64,000 bases of DNA, taken from assembly GCA_946553095.1 (NCBI GenBank), contig CAMNRN010000001.1:58899-122898 (forward strand). Reading direction: 5' to 3'. The notes beneath the pieces are model-generated. The model did not search any database. It was not told where the DNA came from and worked only from the letters and a program-made list of their open reading frames with translations. Every line of letters starts with the position of its first letter. The stretch's first letter is position 1. This DNA is from an uncultured Mycoplasmatota bacterium. Lineage in GTDB: Bacteria > Bacillota_I > Bacilli_A > RF39 > UBA660. Made by a program: the position numbers and the translations under genes. Positions 39,568-49,985 of this stretch are shown piece after piece.

Positions 39568-40908
39568 ATGGCAAGACAAATGCCTCAGAACCTAGAAGCT
39601 GAAATGAGTGTCTTAGGTGTCGCTTTCTTAAATGGCAATGAAGTAAGCAAAATCATCGAAGAAGTAAGTATCGACATGTTTTTTGATGAAAGAAACAGAC
39701 ATATTTATGGTGCAATAAAAAACTTACATGAAAGTAAAACGCCGATTGACATCACCACCATGAAAAATGAACTGGACAAAAGCAAAAAATTAAATACAGT
39801 AGGATTAGATTATCTCACGGATGTCATAGATTCGGTGGTTACAAGTGCTAATTTAGACTTTTATATAAAAATAATTAAAGATTATGCTATAAGACGGGAG
39901 TTAATTGAAACTGCAACAGACATAGTAACTGTTACATATGATGAAGAAAATGTTTCGTCTTTATTAGACACTGCCGAAAAAAACATCTTAAACGTTGTTC
40001 GCCGAAGAAGTGTTGGTGACTTTGTTCCAATTCAAGAAATATTAAGAAGGGCCCAAGCCAAATTAGAAGAATTAGCTAAAAACAAAAGGCCTGTAACTGG
40101 GTTAGAAACAGGATTTATTGATTTCGACAAGATATCCACTGGATTGCAAGGCGGTGAAATGATAATATTAGCTGCTCGACCAGGGATGGGGAAAACTGCC
40201 TTTGCGTTAAATATTGCCAGTTATGCTGCGAGCACTACCAAAAAAGCAATTGCGATATTTAACTTAGAAATGTCAGCAGATATGTTAATAAACAGAATGA
40301 TCAGTTCAATTGGCCAAATCGACGGTTATAAACTTCAAACAGGACAAATGCAAGAAAAAGACTGGAAAAGATATAATGAAGCGATGAGTCAACTAGCTGA
40401 GACCAACATATACATTGAAGACAATGCTGGTGTAACTTCATCGGAAATAAGAGCCAAATGCCGTCGTTTAGCCAATTCCGAAGCTGGTTTAGGATTAGTA
40501 ATCGTCGACTACTTACAATTAGTATCAACGGGAAACAGAAGAATTGAATCGAGACAAGTAGAAGTATCAGAAATATCTCGTTCTCTAAAAACTATGGCGC
40601 TTGAATTAGATGTACCAGTTATAGCTTTATCACAATTATCGAGAAGTGCGGAAAAAAGAGAAAGTAATCAACCCATGTTAGCAGACTTACGAGAATCTGG
40701 GTCACTAGAACAAGATGCCGATATGGTACTATTTATCAATCGAAAAGATTACTATGAAAAGGCAAAAGACTTCAATCAGAAAATAGTTCCTGCTGAGCTC
40801 GTAATAGCCAAGCACAGAAAAGGTGGTCTAGGAACGGTTAATCTATTATTTGAATTAAACATGGGGAGTTTTAAAAATGTTTTAAAAGGAAATGTGGAGG
40901 AACAATGA
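39568..40908 (+). CDS. dnaB: replicative DNA helicase DnaB (DnaC in B. subtilis nomenclature)
   Basis: 446 aa. Walker A ARPGMGKTAF, Walker B LVIVDYLQL. Sits in the rplI-adjacent position. Confidence 0.95.
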   Translation: MARQMPQNLEAEMSVLGVAFLNGNEVSKIIEEVSIDMFFDERNRHIYGAIKNLHESKTPIDITTMKNELDKSKKLNTVGLDYLTDVIDSVVTSANLDFYIKIIKDYAIRRELIETATDIVTVTYDEENVSSLLDTAEKNILNVVRRRSVGDFVPIQEILRRAQAKLEELAKNKRPVTGLETGFIDFDKISTGLQGGEMIILAARPGMGKTAFALNIASYAASTTKKAIAIFNLEMSADMLINRMISSIGQIDGYKLQTGQMQEKDWKRYNEAMSQLAETNIYIEDNAGVTSSEIRAKCRRLANSEAGLGLVIVDYLQLVSTGNRRIESRQVEVSEISRSLKTMALELDVPVIALSQLSRSAEKRESNQPMLADLRESGSLEQDADMVLFINRKDYYEKAKDFNQKIVPAELVIAKHRKGGLGTVNLLFELNMGSFKNVLKGNVEEQ

Positions 40909-42410
40909 AACCAAAATATACCATTATAACAATAATTATTACAATGATAATACTCATTATATTTGGTTTAGATCGCATGTATAATGAGGAATATAAAAAA
41001 GCTACCAAGGCCTATTTAGTATATCTAAATGGTGAAAAAGTAGGACTTATTAATGATAATAAATCGCTATATGATTTAATTAATAACGAACAACAAGAAA
41101 TAAAAAACAAATATAACGTCGATAATGTATATCCTCCAACTGGATTTGAGATAACTGAAGTAAATACTTACGATGAAGATTTTATCACGGTCAACAATGT
41201 TTATGAAAAAGTAGCTGCCTTAAATGATTTTACGATAAAAGGTTATATAGTTACGATAAAACTTCCCGATGAGGATAAAGTATTGACTATCAATATCCTA
41301 GATAAAGACGTATTTGAACAAGCTATTCGTAAATTTATCTTAGCATTCATTAGCGAAGAAGAATTAACTGATTATTTAGAAGGAAAAGAAAAAGAATTAG
41401 TTGATATAGGATCTATTATTCAAAAAATGTATTTTAATGAAACCATAACAATTAAAGAAGGATACATTAGTTCAAATGCCAAAATATATACGGATGTCGA
41501 GAGTCTTTCCCAATATTTATTATTTGGTGAGAATGCTAAAATGGACACATATACCGTTGAAGTTGGTGACAATATTGAAAGTATAAGTGATAAATATGAT
41601 TTAAACCCCCAAGAATTTATTATAGCGAATCCAACTTATCGAAACACAACTACTTTATTAAAAGTGGGAACGCAAGTTAATGTTACTCTGCTAAATCCCG
41701 TATTAACGTTTGTATATGAAGTTTATAGTATTGAAGAAACATCAGTTCCTTATTCTAAAAAGACAGTTACAGACAAATCTAAACCGATTGGATTTTCAGA
41801 AAAAACCACACCTGGTGTTGCAGGTATTCGTCTTGACTATAAAAACTATCGAGTTAAAAACGGGGAACAAAGTTCTGAAATTAAAATAGAACGATCTGAA
41901 GTAATCAGAGAAGTAATAGATGAAATAACCACAGTCGGACCAAAAAGACCAGTATCAAATTCAGGTGTTGGGACATATGTTGACACAGGTACAGAATGGG
42001 GATGGCCAACTTTACAACCATCCGTAATAACTAGTAAGTTTGCGATGCGATGGGGAAAACTTCATGCTGGTATAGATATTTCGGGAACTGGATATGGATC
42101 ACCAATATTTGCAATTAATGATGGTGTTGTTGTAAATGCATCTAAAGCTTGTAAAAGTTGTGCTCAATGGGCAAACGGAAACTATGTTGTAATCCAACAC
42201 GAAAATAATTATTATTCAGCTTATCTTCACTTATCAGCTTTTTCTGTTAAAGTTGGAGATGTAGTTAAGAAAGGAGACAGAATTGCCTCGATGGGTGAAA
42301 GTGGACTAGCCTATGGTACCCATCTTCACTTAGGGTTTTTCCAAGGCCAACCTTATGCGGGTCAACCTAATACGCCACTTAATCCCTTAAAGACAATCTA
42401 TGGACAATGA
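40905..42410 (+). CDS. membrane-anchored LysM + M23 (LytM) peptidase
   Basis: N-terminal TM. LysM (YTVEVGDNIESISDKYDLNPQEFI). C-terminal M23 motifs HAGIDI and HLHLGF. Confidence 0.85.
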   Translation: MKPKYTIITIIITMIILIIFGLDRMYNEEYKKATKAYLVYLNGEKVGLINDNKSLYDLINNEQQEIKNKYNVDNVYPPTGFEITEVNTYDEDFITVNNVYEKVAALNDFTIKGYIVTIKLPDEDKVLTINILDKDVFEQAIRKFILAFISEEELTDYLEGKEKELVDIGSIIQKMYFNETITIKEGYISSNAKIYTDVESLSQYLLFGENAKMDTYTVEVGDNIESISDKYDLNPQEFIIANPTYRNTTTLLKVGTQVNVTLLNPVLTFVYEVYSIEETSVPYSKKTVTDKSKPIGFSEKTTPGVAGIRLDYKNYRVKNGEQSSEIKIERSEVIREVIDEITTVGPKRPVSNSGVGTYVDTGTEWGWPTLQPSVITSKFAMRWGKLHAGIDISGTGYGSPIFAINDGVVVNASKACKSCAQWANGNYVVIQHENNYYSAYLHLSAFSVKVGDVVKKGDRIASMGESGLAYGTHLHLGFFQGQPYAGQPNTPLNPLKTIYGQ

Positions 42411-43171
42411 AAATATCAGTATTATCCAGTGGCTCTAAAGGAAATGTTACTTATTTAGAAACACTACATCATAAGTTTCTTTTAGATGCTGGTCGCAATT
42501 ATAAATATATTGAAAATAAATTAAAAGAACTAGATGTATCACCTAAAGATATTGAATACATTTTAATCACTCACAATCATAATGACCATATTTCTGGCTT
42601 AAAAACACTCGTTTCCAAAACTAATGCTACAGTCATTATGCCGGAGAAAATGTTTTATGAAATAGAAGATTTAAAAGATTATCCTAACATTATAATTTGT
42701 GAAGATAAGATAACTCTTGATGCTGTCGAAATTATATCAATTCATTCTAGCCATGATGCTCCAGATTCAAGAAACTACATTGTCAAAGAAGATGGTAAGA
42801 GCTTGGCTTACATAACAGATACGGGCTATGTTAATAACAAATATTTCGAACTACTCTATAACCTAGATATGTATTTATTTGAGAGTAATCATGATATAGA
42901 ATTATTACAACATGGCCCTTACCCAGCTTGGTTAAAGAAAAGAGTATTAAGTGATAAAGGGCATTTATCAAATAAGCTAGCTTCTTTTTATTTATCAAGA
43001 CTTGTAGGCAAGAAAACAAAAAAAATCATCTTAATACACTTGAGTGAAACAAACAACCTTGAATCAATTGCCTTAGAAACGATAAATAATAAATTTCTAG
43101 ATAGTGGCATTAAATTTTCTAACATCGAATGTGCTAAACAAGAAGAGAGAACGGACTTAGTAGAAATATGA
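42407..43171 (+). CDS. MBL-fold metallo-hydrolase, YycJ/WalJ-like
   Basis: THNHNDHISGL is an HxHxDH motif. Same neighbourhood (dnaB...rlmH) as B. subtilis yycJ, but without walRK. Confidence 0.85.
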   Translation: MKISVLSSGSKGNVTYLETLHHKFLLDAGRNYKYIENKLKELDVSPKDIEYILITHNHNDHISGLKTLVSKTNATVIMPEKMFYEIEDLKDYPNIIICEDKITLDAVEIISIHSSHDAPDSRNYIVKEDGKSLAYITDTGYVNNKYFELLYNLDMYLFESNHDIELLQHGPYPAWLKKRVLSDKGHLSNKLASFYLSRLVGKKTKKIILIHLSETNNLESIALETINNKFLDSGIKFSNIECAKQEERTDLVEI

Positions 43172-43605
43172 TAAAAATACTTTGTGTTGGAAAAATAAAA
43201 GAGAAATATTTAAATGAGCTAATAGATGATTATCAGAAAAGACTTCAAAAATATCATCAAGTAACCATCGTTGAATTAAAAGATAATCCCATATATGAAA
43301 AAGAAATAACTAGTTTAAAAGAAAAAGTAAATTTCAAAGATTACAATATAGCCCTAGATTTAAAAGGAAAGAAAATAACTAGTGAAGATTTTGCTAAAAA
43401 AATGGATAAAATATTCTTAGAAAATAGCAATATCACCTTCATAATTGGTGGTTCTAATGGGCTAGATGATGAGTTAAGATCTATGGCAAGTGAAGTAATT
43501 AGCTTCTCAGACTTAACCTTTCCGCATGGCTTATTCCGTGGAATTCTCTTAGAACAAATCTATCGAACATTTAAAATAAATAATAATGAAACATATCATA
43601 AATAA
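43168..43605 (+). CDS. rlmH: 23S rRNA (pseudouridine1915-N3)-methyltransferase RlmH
   Basis: 145 aa SPOUT/YbeA family. Confidence 0.88.
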   Translation: MIKILCVGKIKEKYLNELIDDYQKRLQKYHQVTIVELKDNPIYEKEITSLKEKVNFKDYNIALDLKGKKITSEDFAKKMDKIFLENSNITFIIGGSNGLDDELRSMASEVISFSDLTFPHGLFRGILLEQIYRTFKINNNETYHK

Positions 43606-43697
43606 TGACTTATCACGATGTTAAATCTAAATTGATTTAGCATTTTTTTAAAATACTTAAAATATTTATGATATACTATATTAAAGGAGTAACAGAC

Positions 43698-44498
43698 ATG
43701 GAAGTACAAGATATAAAAAAGATGAAATATGCTATGACCCACTCAATGAAATTTCATTCTGATGATGTTTTTAGTGCTGCGTTTTTGAAAATAATTAATC
43801 CGAGTCTAATTATAAAGAGAGTAAATAAAGTTCCTGATGATTTTGAAGGGCTAATTTTTGACATAGGCATGAAAGAATTTGATCACCATCAATATGATAA
43901 TGAAGTAAGAGAAAATGGTATCCCATACGCCTCATTTGGCAAGCTATGGAGAGCTTTTGCCCCCGAAATGTATGGTGAATATGTTTACAAAAAAGTCGAT
44001 AAAATGTTTATTGAAGATTTAGACTTAACTGATAACACGGGAACCAAAAACAGTCTAGCGCAAGCGATTGCTTTTATGAATCCGATAGAAGAATCAAATG
44101 GTGATGAAGAATTTGCTAAAGCAGTCGAATTTGCCTATCTTATATTGATCCAGCTTATCAAAAAAGTTCAAAAATACGAGAAAGAAAATGAATTAGTAAA
44201 AAAATACTATGAAGAGAGTTCTGACAAAAGAATAATCATTCTTGATGAGCATCTCCATTTCCAAGATTATTTGCCAGCAACCGAGGCAATATATGTCATT
44301 TATCCCACGAACCGTGGAGGTTATGCTGCCCAAGGAGTGCCAATAAATCCTGATACAGTAGAACTAAAAAGGCCCTTTCCCAAGAGATGGAAAGAGTCTC
44401 TTCCTCGTAATCTAAGATTTTGTCATAACAGTTTATTTTTAATTTCATCAGATACTTTTGAAGGAGTATTAACCGCGTGCAAGGAGGCATTAAAATGA
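43698..44498 (+). CDS. MYG1/UPF0160-family metal-dependent hydrolase
   Basis: THSMKFHSDDVFSAAFLKII and EFDHHQ motifs. The start may be ATG 43698 or 43722; the track starts at 43668. Confidence 0.75.
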   Translation: MEVQDIKKMKYAMTHSMKFHSDDVFSAAFLKIINPSLIIKRVNKVPDDFEGLIFDIGMKEFDHHQYDNEVRENGIPYASFGKLWRAFAPEMYGEYVYKKVDKMFIEDLDLTDNTGTKNSLAQAIAFMNPIEESNGDEEFAKAVEFAYLILIQLIKKVQKYEKENELVKKYYEESSDKRIIILDEHLHFQDYLPATEAIYVIYPTNRGGYAAQGVPINPDTVELKRPFPKRWKESLPRNLRFCHNSLFLISSDTFEGVLTACKEALK

Positions 44499-45154
44499 TA
44501 GCTAATGATTGGGATGAAATACTAAAAGTTGTATGGGACAGTTCTGGATTTAATAATTTTTATCATAAGATTCTTGATGAGTATGATAAAAAAGTAATTT
44601 TTCCAGCTAAAGAAAATATCTTTAATGCTCTAAAGATAACTAGTTATAAAAATACTAAAGTTGTCATTGTCGGTCAAGATCCGTATCATGGAATAAATGA
44701 AGCGCATGGACTTTCTTTCTCAGTACAAAAGGGAATCAAAATCCCTCCATCTCTTCAAAATATATATAAAGAATTAGAAAGTGATTTAGGTATCCCCCCA
44801 AAAAGTCATGGAGATTTAACGGGGTGGGCAAAAGAAGGTGTTTTACTTCTCAATTCCGTCCTAACTGTTGAAAAAGACAAAGCAGCTAGTCATCGAAATA
44901 TGGGATGGGAATTACTAACAGATTACATAATTAAACAACTAAACTTAAAAGAAGATCCTGTTGTTTTTATCCTCTGGGGAAATTTTGCCAAAGAAAAAGC
45001 TAAGTATATCACCAATCCCAAACACTACATTATAACAAGCCCTCATCCTTCGCCATTTTCTGCTTACTCCGGTTTTTTTGGAAGCAAACCGTTCTCTAAA
45101 ACTAATGAATTTTTAAGTCAAAATAAAATGACCCCGATTGATTGGTCATTATAA
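44495..45154 (+). CDS. ung: uracil-DNA glycosylase (family 1)
   Basis: GQDPYHG catalytic motif and HPSP. ATG 44495 follows RBS AAGGAGG. Confidence 0.92.
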   Translation: MIANDWDEILKVVWDSSGFNNFYHKILDEYDKKVIFPAKENIFNALKITSYKNTKVVIVGQDPYHGINEAHGLSFSVQKGIKIPPSLQNIYKELESDLGIPPKSHGDLTGWAKEGVLLLNSVLTVEKDKAASHRNMGWELLTDYIIKQLNLKEDPVVFILWGNFAKEKAKYITNPKHYIITSPHPSPFSAYSGFFGSKPFSKTNEFLSQNKMTPIDWSL

Positions 45155-45688
45155 TTTAAAGTCATCTAAGACGGCATCTTGCATATTTTTGCCATCAAAG
45201 AATGGCTTTATTTTATATCTATGAATTTTAGCAATAATATTAGTAGGGAACTTTCTAATTACCTTATTAAGTTCATTCGTATTCCGATTATAATAAGTCT
45301 TTCCTGAAATTAAACTTTCATTAATACTCTTAATTTCTTTTAAAGCCCCATTAAAATCTTTATTATCTAGCTCTTCATAATCTCCTTTTACTTCCAAGAT
45401 TATATTTTCTGCCTCTGTAAGTTTTCGATCCATCTCATAGTTACTAATCCTTTTATCTTTTAACTCGATGTATTCTTTTAAATAATCTTTTTTAGTAACT
45501 ACTTTTTTTATCATGACATTAAGTCGAGCAATGACATCATACTTTTGTCTCAAAGACTCATCAATAATACCTTCTGCTTTTTCAATTTTTAATTTAAAAA
45601 CAACCAAAGTGTTATATGTAATTACATAAAAAATTGCTATTATTCCCAGAATAATAAGTAAGATTAATAAAAAACTATATATATTCAC
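45149..45688 (-). CDS. LemA-family membrane protein
   Basis: 179 aa. N-terminal TM then a YN.LV motif. Confidence 0.7.
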   Translation of the reverse strand: MNIYSFLLILLIILGIIAIFYVITYNTLVVFKLKIEKAEGIIDESLRQKYDVIARLNVMIKKVVTKKDYLKEYIELKDKRISNYEMDRKLTEAENIILEVKGDYEELDNKDFNGALKEIKSINESLISGKTYYNRNTNELNKVIRKFPTNIIAKIHRYKIKPFFDGKNMQDAVLDDFKL

Positions 45689-45808
45689 TATGCTTCACCA
45701 TAATAATTATATCAAATGTTAAAATGAAAAGAAATAAAAGTATTCATTAATTTTGTAACAACTTGTAAAGAAACCGTGATTATGTTAGAATTTTAGTAAG
45801 GTGATACT

Positions 45809-47032
45809 ATGAGATTTATAAATAATTTATCAGAACAAGAATACGAAGAATTTACCAAAAAACATGCTAAATCTCATTTTTTACAATCCTTTTCATGGGG
45901 CACATTTTGTAAGAGAGTCAAAAAACAAATTCCTCATTATGTCGGAATGAAAGATGATAACGACTCTTTGGTAGCAACTGCCCTAATACTAGAGAAGAAA
46001 ACGCCGTTAGGATATAGCTATGGGTATTCACCTCGTGGAATGTTAATAGATTATGATAATAAAGCTCATTTAAAAGTATTCACTAAATATTTAAAAGAGT
46101 TTATGAAAGAAAAAAAAATGATTTATATCAAGTTTGATCCAGATATCAAATATCATGATATAGATGAAGAAGCAAGTCCCATTGAAAATGGCGAAAATAA
46201 TTACGAATTATTAGAATACATGAAATCATTAGGCTATCTCCACAAAGGTTTTTACAAATTATATGATGGAAATCAACCTCGTTATACCTTTCGTATAAAT
46301 TTAAAAAAAGAATGGGAAGACATTGAAAAAACTTTTAACAAATCATTTAGTAAATCTATTCGTCGTAGTGAACAATATAATTTAATTATTGATAATGAAT
46401 TTAAAACCGCAGAATTTTATAATTTAATCAAACAAAATAGTGAAAAAGATGGCTTTGATCCTCATAGTTTAGAGTTTTATCAAATATTTGTTGAAGAAAT
46501 GCAAAAAAATGGAAATGTAAAATTTTTTAACGCTCAAATACGTCCCCAAGAATATTTAGAAAAAATTAGTAAAGAAATGTCCGAACTTCGAAAACTTTTA
46601 GAAACAAGCCCTAAAAAGCAAGAGGATATTAAAAATAAATTAACAAGACTAGAAAAGGAAAAGGAAGAATTTTCTAAAATAACCGACAAAGAAATAATAG
46701 TATGCTCATTAATTTGTACTTATACTGAAAATAGGGCATGGAGCTTATACATTGGCAATAATGAACTTGGAAACCTGACCTTTGCTGTTTCCCGGTGTTA
46801 CTATGAAGCCATCAAGGATGCCTATGACAGAAAGCTTGATTTTTTTGATTTATTTGGTACTGTTGGAGACCCTAAAACGGAATATAAGAACTTAGCTAAA
46901 CTGCATGACTTTAAACGTAAATTTGGTGATGAATACCTTGAGTTTATCGGCGAATTTGATTTAGTAAATAAACATTTTTTATATAAAATTCTTCCAACAT
47001 TACTAAAAATATATAGAAAAATAAGAGGTTAA
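45809..47032 (+). CDS. FemAB/FemX-family aminoacyl-tRNA-dependent peptidoglycan peptidyltransferase (paralog 1)
   Basis: 407 aa. Two GNAT-like lobes split by a coiled-coil insert. Paralogous to 47035-48294 and 49963-51225. Confidence 0.85.
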   Translation: MRFINNLSEQEYEEFTKKHAKSHFLQSFSWGTFCKRVKKQIPHYVGMKDDNDSLVATALILEKKTPLGYSYGYSPRGMLIDYDNKAHLKVFTKYLKEFMKEKKMIYIKFDPDIKYHDIDEEASPIENGENNYELLEYMKSLGYLHKGFYKLYDGNQPRYTFRINLKKEWEDIEKTFNKSFSKSIRRSEQYNLIIDNEFKTAEFYNLIKQNSEKDGFDPHSLEFYQIFVEEMQKNGNVKFFNAQIRPQEYLEKISKEMSELRKLLETSPKKQEDIKNKLTRLEKEKEEFSKITDKEIIVCSLICTYTENRAWSLYIGNNELGNLTFAVSRCYYEAIKDAYDRKLDFFDLFGTVGDPKTEYKNLAKLHDFKRKFGDEYLEFIGEFDLVNKHFLYKILPTLLKIYRKIRG

Positions 47033-47034
47033 TA

Positions 47035-48294
47035 ATGGAATTAAAAAAAATAACAGAAGAAGAATACTTAAGATTCTCCGAAAATCATGAAAATATATCA
47101 ATATATCAGCTTCCTGCCTGGGGAAAATTAAAAGAAGCAACTGGATGGAGTTATCACCTTCTCGGTTTATATGAAAATAACACATTAATTGGCACAACTA
47201 TGCTTCTCGAAAAAAAAGGCCCATTTAATTTAAACTTATTTTATTCTCCACGAGGTTATCTATTTGATACCAAAAATAAAGCCTTATTTAATGAATTTAC
47301 GAGAAAAATCAAAGAATACTTAAAAAAACATCATGGCTTTATGTTAAAGATTGACCCTAACATCATATATAGTCTTTGCGATAGTGAAGGAAGTAATAGA
47401 AAACTAATTGGAGAAGATATTTATCATAATTTTAAGGATAACCACTATAAACATTTAGGCTTTACAAAAGACTTTGAAACAATGCAACCTCGTTATTTAT
47501 GTCGGATTCCTCTTTACGATACGTATGAAAATACCTTTGCAACATTTTCTAAATCGACACGCAAAAACATTGAAAAGACTGAAAAAATGGGCGTAAAGAC
47601 TCGGGTTATAGATGAAACAGAAATAGATTTATTTGTAAGTTTATTGCAAGATACAGCCAATTTAAAAGGATTCATCATTCGGCCAACAAGTTATTATAAA
47701 AGAATGTATGAGCTTATGAAAGATTATATCAAGTTATACATAGCCTACATTGATACTAATAGTTATTATGAATACCTTTTAAGTGAAAAAGAAATTGTAA
47801 CAAAGAATCTAGCCAATATTGAGGAACAAATAAAACATGACCATGTTGGCAATAAGCTTAAGACTGCTATTGCTCAGAACAATGAAAAACTAGAGCGTTT
47901 GAATAAAGAATTAAAAGAAGCTGAAGACCTTCGGCATACATCTGATAAAATTAGCATTGGTGCATTAATGAGTATCTTTATTGGCAATGAAGGCATCACT
48001 TTTATGAGTGGTACATCAAATATATATAAAAAATTTAATCCTAAATATGCTTTTTATACTGACCATATCAAAGAATCTATCAAAGAACATAAAGAATATT
48101 GCAATTTTTATGGTATCTCTGGAAACTTAGATCCAACTGGACCATATTACTCAATCTATGAATTAAAAAAAGGATTTAAACCAGAAATCGTGGAATTAAT
48201 AGGTGAATTTGATTTAATAATTAGTCCATTTAAATATTATCTATATCAAATTGCCTTAAAATGTTATAAAATAATAAAGAAAATTCGTCATTAG
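47035..48294 (+). CDS. FemAB/FemX-family peptidyltransferase (paralog 2)
   Basis: 419 aa. Same architecture, with a coiled-coil insert at aa ~245-300. Confidence 0.85.
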   Translation: MELKKITEEEYLRFSENHENISIYQLPAWGKLKEATGWSYHLLGLYENNTLIGTTMLLEKKGPFNLNLFYSPRGYLFDTKNKALFNEFTRKIKEYLKKHHGFMLKIDPNIIYSLCDSEGSNRKLIGEDIYHNFKDNHYKHLGFTKDFETMQPRYLCRIPLYDTYENTFATFSKSTRKNIEKTEKMGVKTRVIDETEIDLFVSLLQDTANLKGFIIRPTSYYKRMYELMKDYIKLYIAYIDTNSYYEYLLSEKEIVTKNLANIEEQIKHDHVGNKLKTAIAQNNEKLERLNKELKEAEDLRHTSDKISIGALMSIFIGNEGITFMSGTSNIYKKFNPKYAFYTDHIKESIKEHKEYCNFYGISGNLDPTGPYYSIYELKKGFKPEIVELIGEFDLIISPFKYYLYQIALKCYKIIKKIRH

Positions 48295-48311
48295 AAAAAA
48301 GAGGTGAGATT

Positions 48312-49985
48312 ATGAAAAAGAATTCTTTTGTCGAAGGAACTATAATAGCGACGATAGCTATTGTGTTTACAAAAATTTTAGGAATGCTTTACGTAATCCC
48401 CTTTTATGCTATCATTGGATCACTAGGAAGTGCTTTATATAGTTATGCTTATAATATATATGTTACTTTTTTAAATATTTCATCTGCTGGCATCCCTGTA
48501 GCTATAAGTAAATTAGTCAGCGAATATGACACATTAGGAAAAAAAGAAGCCAAAGTTCGATCTTTAAAGCTAGGAATTACAATTATTTCTATTATTTCTG
48601 TAATATGTTTTCTAATTTTATTTCTTTTTGCTGAACAAGTAGCCACTATAATTATTGGTGATTTAAGTGGAGGAAATACCATTAGTGATATTGCCTTAGT
48701 TCTCCGAGTAGTAGCTTTTGCCGTTTTAATAATTCCATTTTTAAGTGTTTCCAAAGGTTATCTTCAAGGTCACAAATATATTGGTCCAACATCCATCAGT
48801 CAAATGATTGAACAAGTTGTAAGAATTATTGTTATTTTAGCTGGAAGTTACATAACGATATGTTTACTAAAAAAAGAAGTCAAAATTGGTGTAGCTGTAG
48901 CTATATCTGGCGCTTTTATCGGTGGCCTATTTGCGATTTTATATATTTTCAAAAAAATTCATGACCACAAACATGAACTAGATTTAGATGTTCTTCAAAA
49001 AAAGGATGATATTACTAACAAGGAGATTTTAAAAAAGATTCTTTCCTACGCTATTCCTTTCATTATCATAAATGTTACAGTAAACTTCTTTAATCTAGTC
49101 GATATGACATTAATTATTAGAACCATGGACAAATTAGGTTTTTCAGCTCATGATGCGGAATTCATTTCAAGTGCCATGACAACCTGGGGTTATAAATTAA
49201 ACATGATTGTTAACGCTATTGCAACAGGACTAACAGTAAGTTTAATCCCTAACATAGTTCGCGCCAACACTGCCAACAAACCTAAACAAGTAGCTAGTAT
49301 TTTAAATAGAGCATTACAAATTGTTTTAATAATATCTATGCCAGCTGCCATCGGTCTTTCTTTTTTAGCCAAACCAGTTTGGACATTATTCTATGGCCCA
49401 AGCATCTTAGGTCCTATCATGTTCAAAGTAAGTATATTAACCTCTATTATGTGTAATGTCTATTTAATTGGAATTCAAACGGCTCAAAGCTTAAATGAAT
49501 ACAAAACAGTATATAAAGCGGTCATATTTGGTTTTTCTATGAATGCAATTTTTGATGTTCCTTTTATGTATATTTGTTCATATTTAAACTTACCAGCCTT
49601 CTATGGAGCAACCTTTGCAACTATGTTAGGATATATAGTTGCCATAAGTATTGTGCTTCGCAAGCTTCGCCTTAGAAAAGAAGTAACATATCAAAAAACA
49701 TTAAAGGTATTTTTAAAAATCGTAATTTCTATCCTAGCGATGTTAGCCGTTTTAAGCATCATTCGTTTAATATTCCCATTTAATTCAACATCAAAATTAT
49801 TTGCTACGATATATATAGCTATTTTTGCTATCATCGGGGCCAGTATATATTTTACTTGTATATGGCGATTTGGTCTAATTGATAAGGTCTTTGGACCTAA
49901 GATGGTTAATAAGCTATTAAATAAAATGACATTTGGAATAATAAAGATAAAAGGTGATTTAAATGATTTGCAAGAAGATGAATGA
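48312..49985 (+). CDS. MOP-superfamily flippase (MurJ/Wzx/SpoVB-like, polysaccharide biosynthesis family)
   Basis: 557 aa, about 14 TM. A conserved N-terminal region of the Polysacc_synt family. Embedded between Fem paralogs. Confidence 0.8.
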   Translation: MKKNSFVEGTIIATIAIVFTKILGMLYVIPFYAIIGSLGSALYSYAYNIYVTFLNISSAGIPVAISKLVSEYDTLGKKEAKVRSLKLGITIISIISVICFLILFLFAEQVATIIIGDLSGGNTISDIALVLRVVAFAVLIIPFLSVSKGYLQGHKYIGPTSISQMIEQVVRIIVILAGSYITICLLKKEVKIGVAVAISGAFIGGLFAILYIFKKIHDHKHELDLDVLQKKDDITNKEILKKILSYAIPFIIINVTVNFFNLVDMTLIIRTMDKLGFSAHDAEFISSAMTTWGYKLNMIVNAIATGLTVSLIPNIVRANTANKPKQVASILNRALQIVLIISMPAAIGLSFLAKPVWTLFYGPSILGPIMFKVSILTSIMCNVYLIGIQTAQSLNEYKTVYKAVIFGFSMNAIFDVPFMYICSYLNLPAFYGATFATMLGYIVAISIVLRKLRLRKEVTYQKTLKVFLKIVISILAMLAVLSIIRLIFPFNSTSKLFATIYIAIFAIIGASIYFTCIWRFGLIDKVFGPKMVNKLLNKMTFGIIKIKGDLNDLQEDE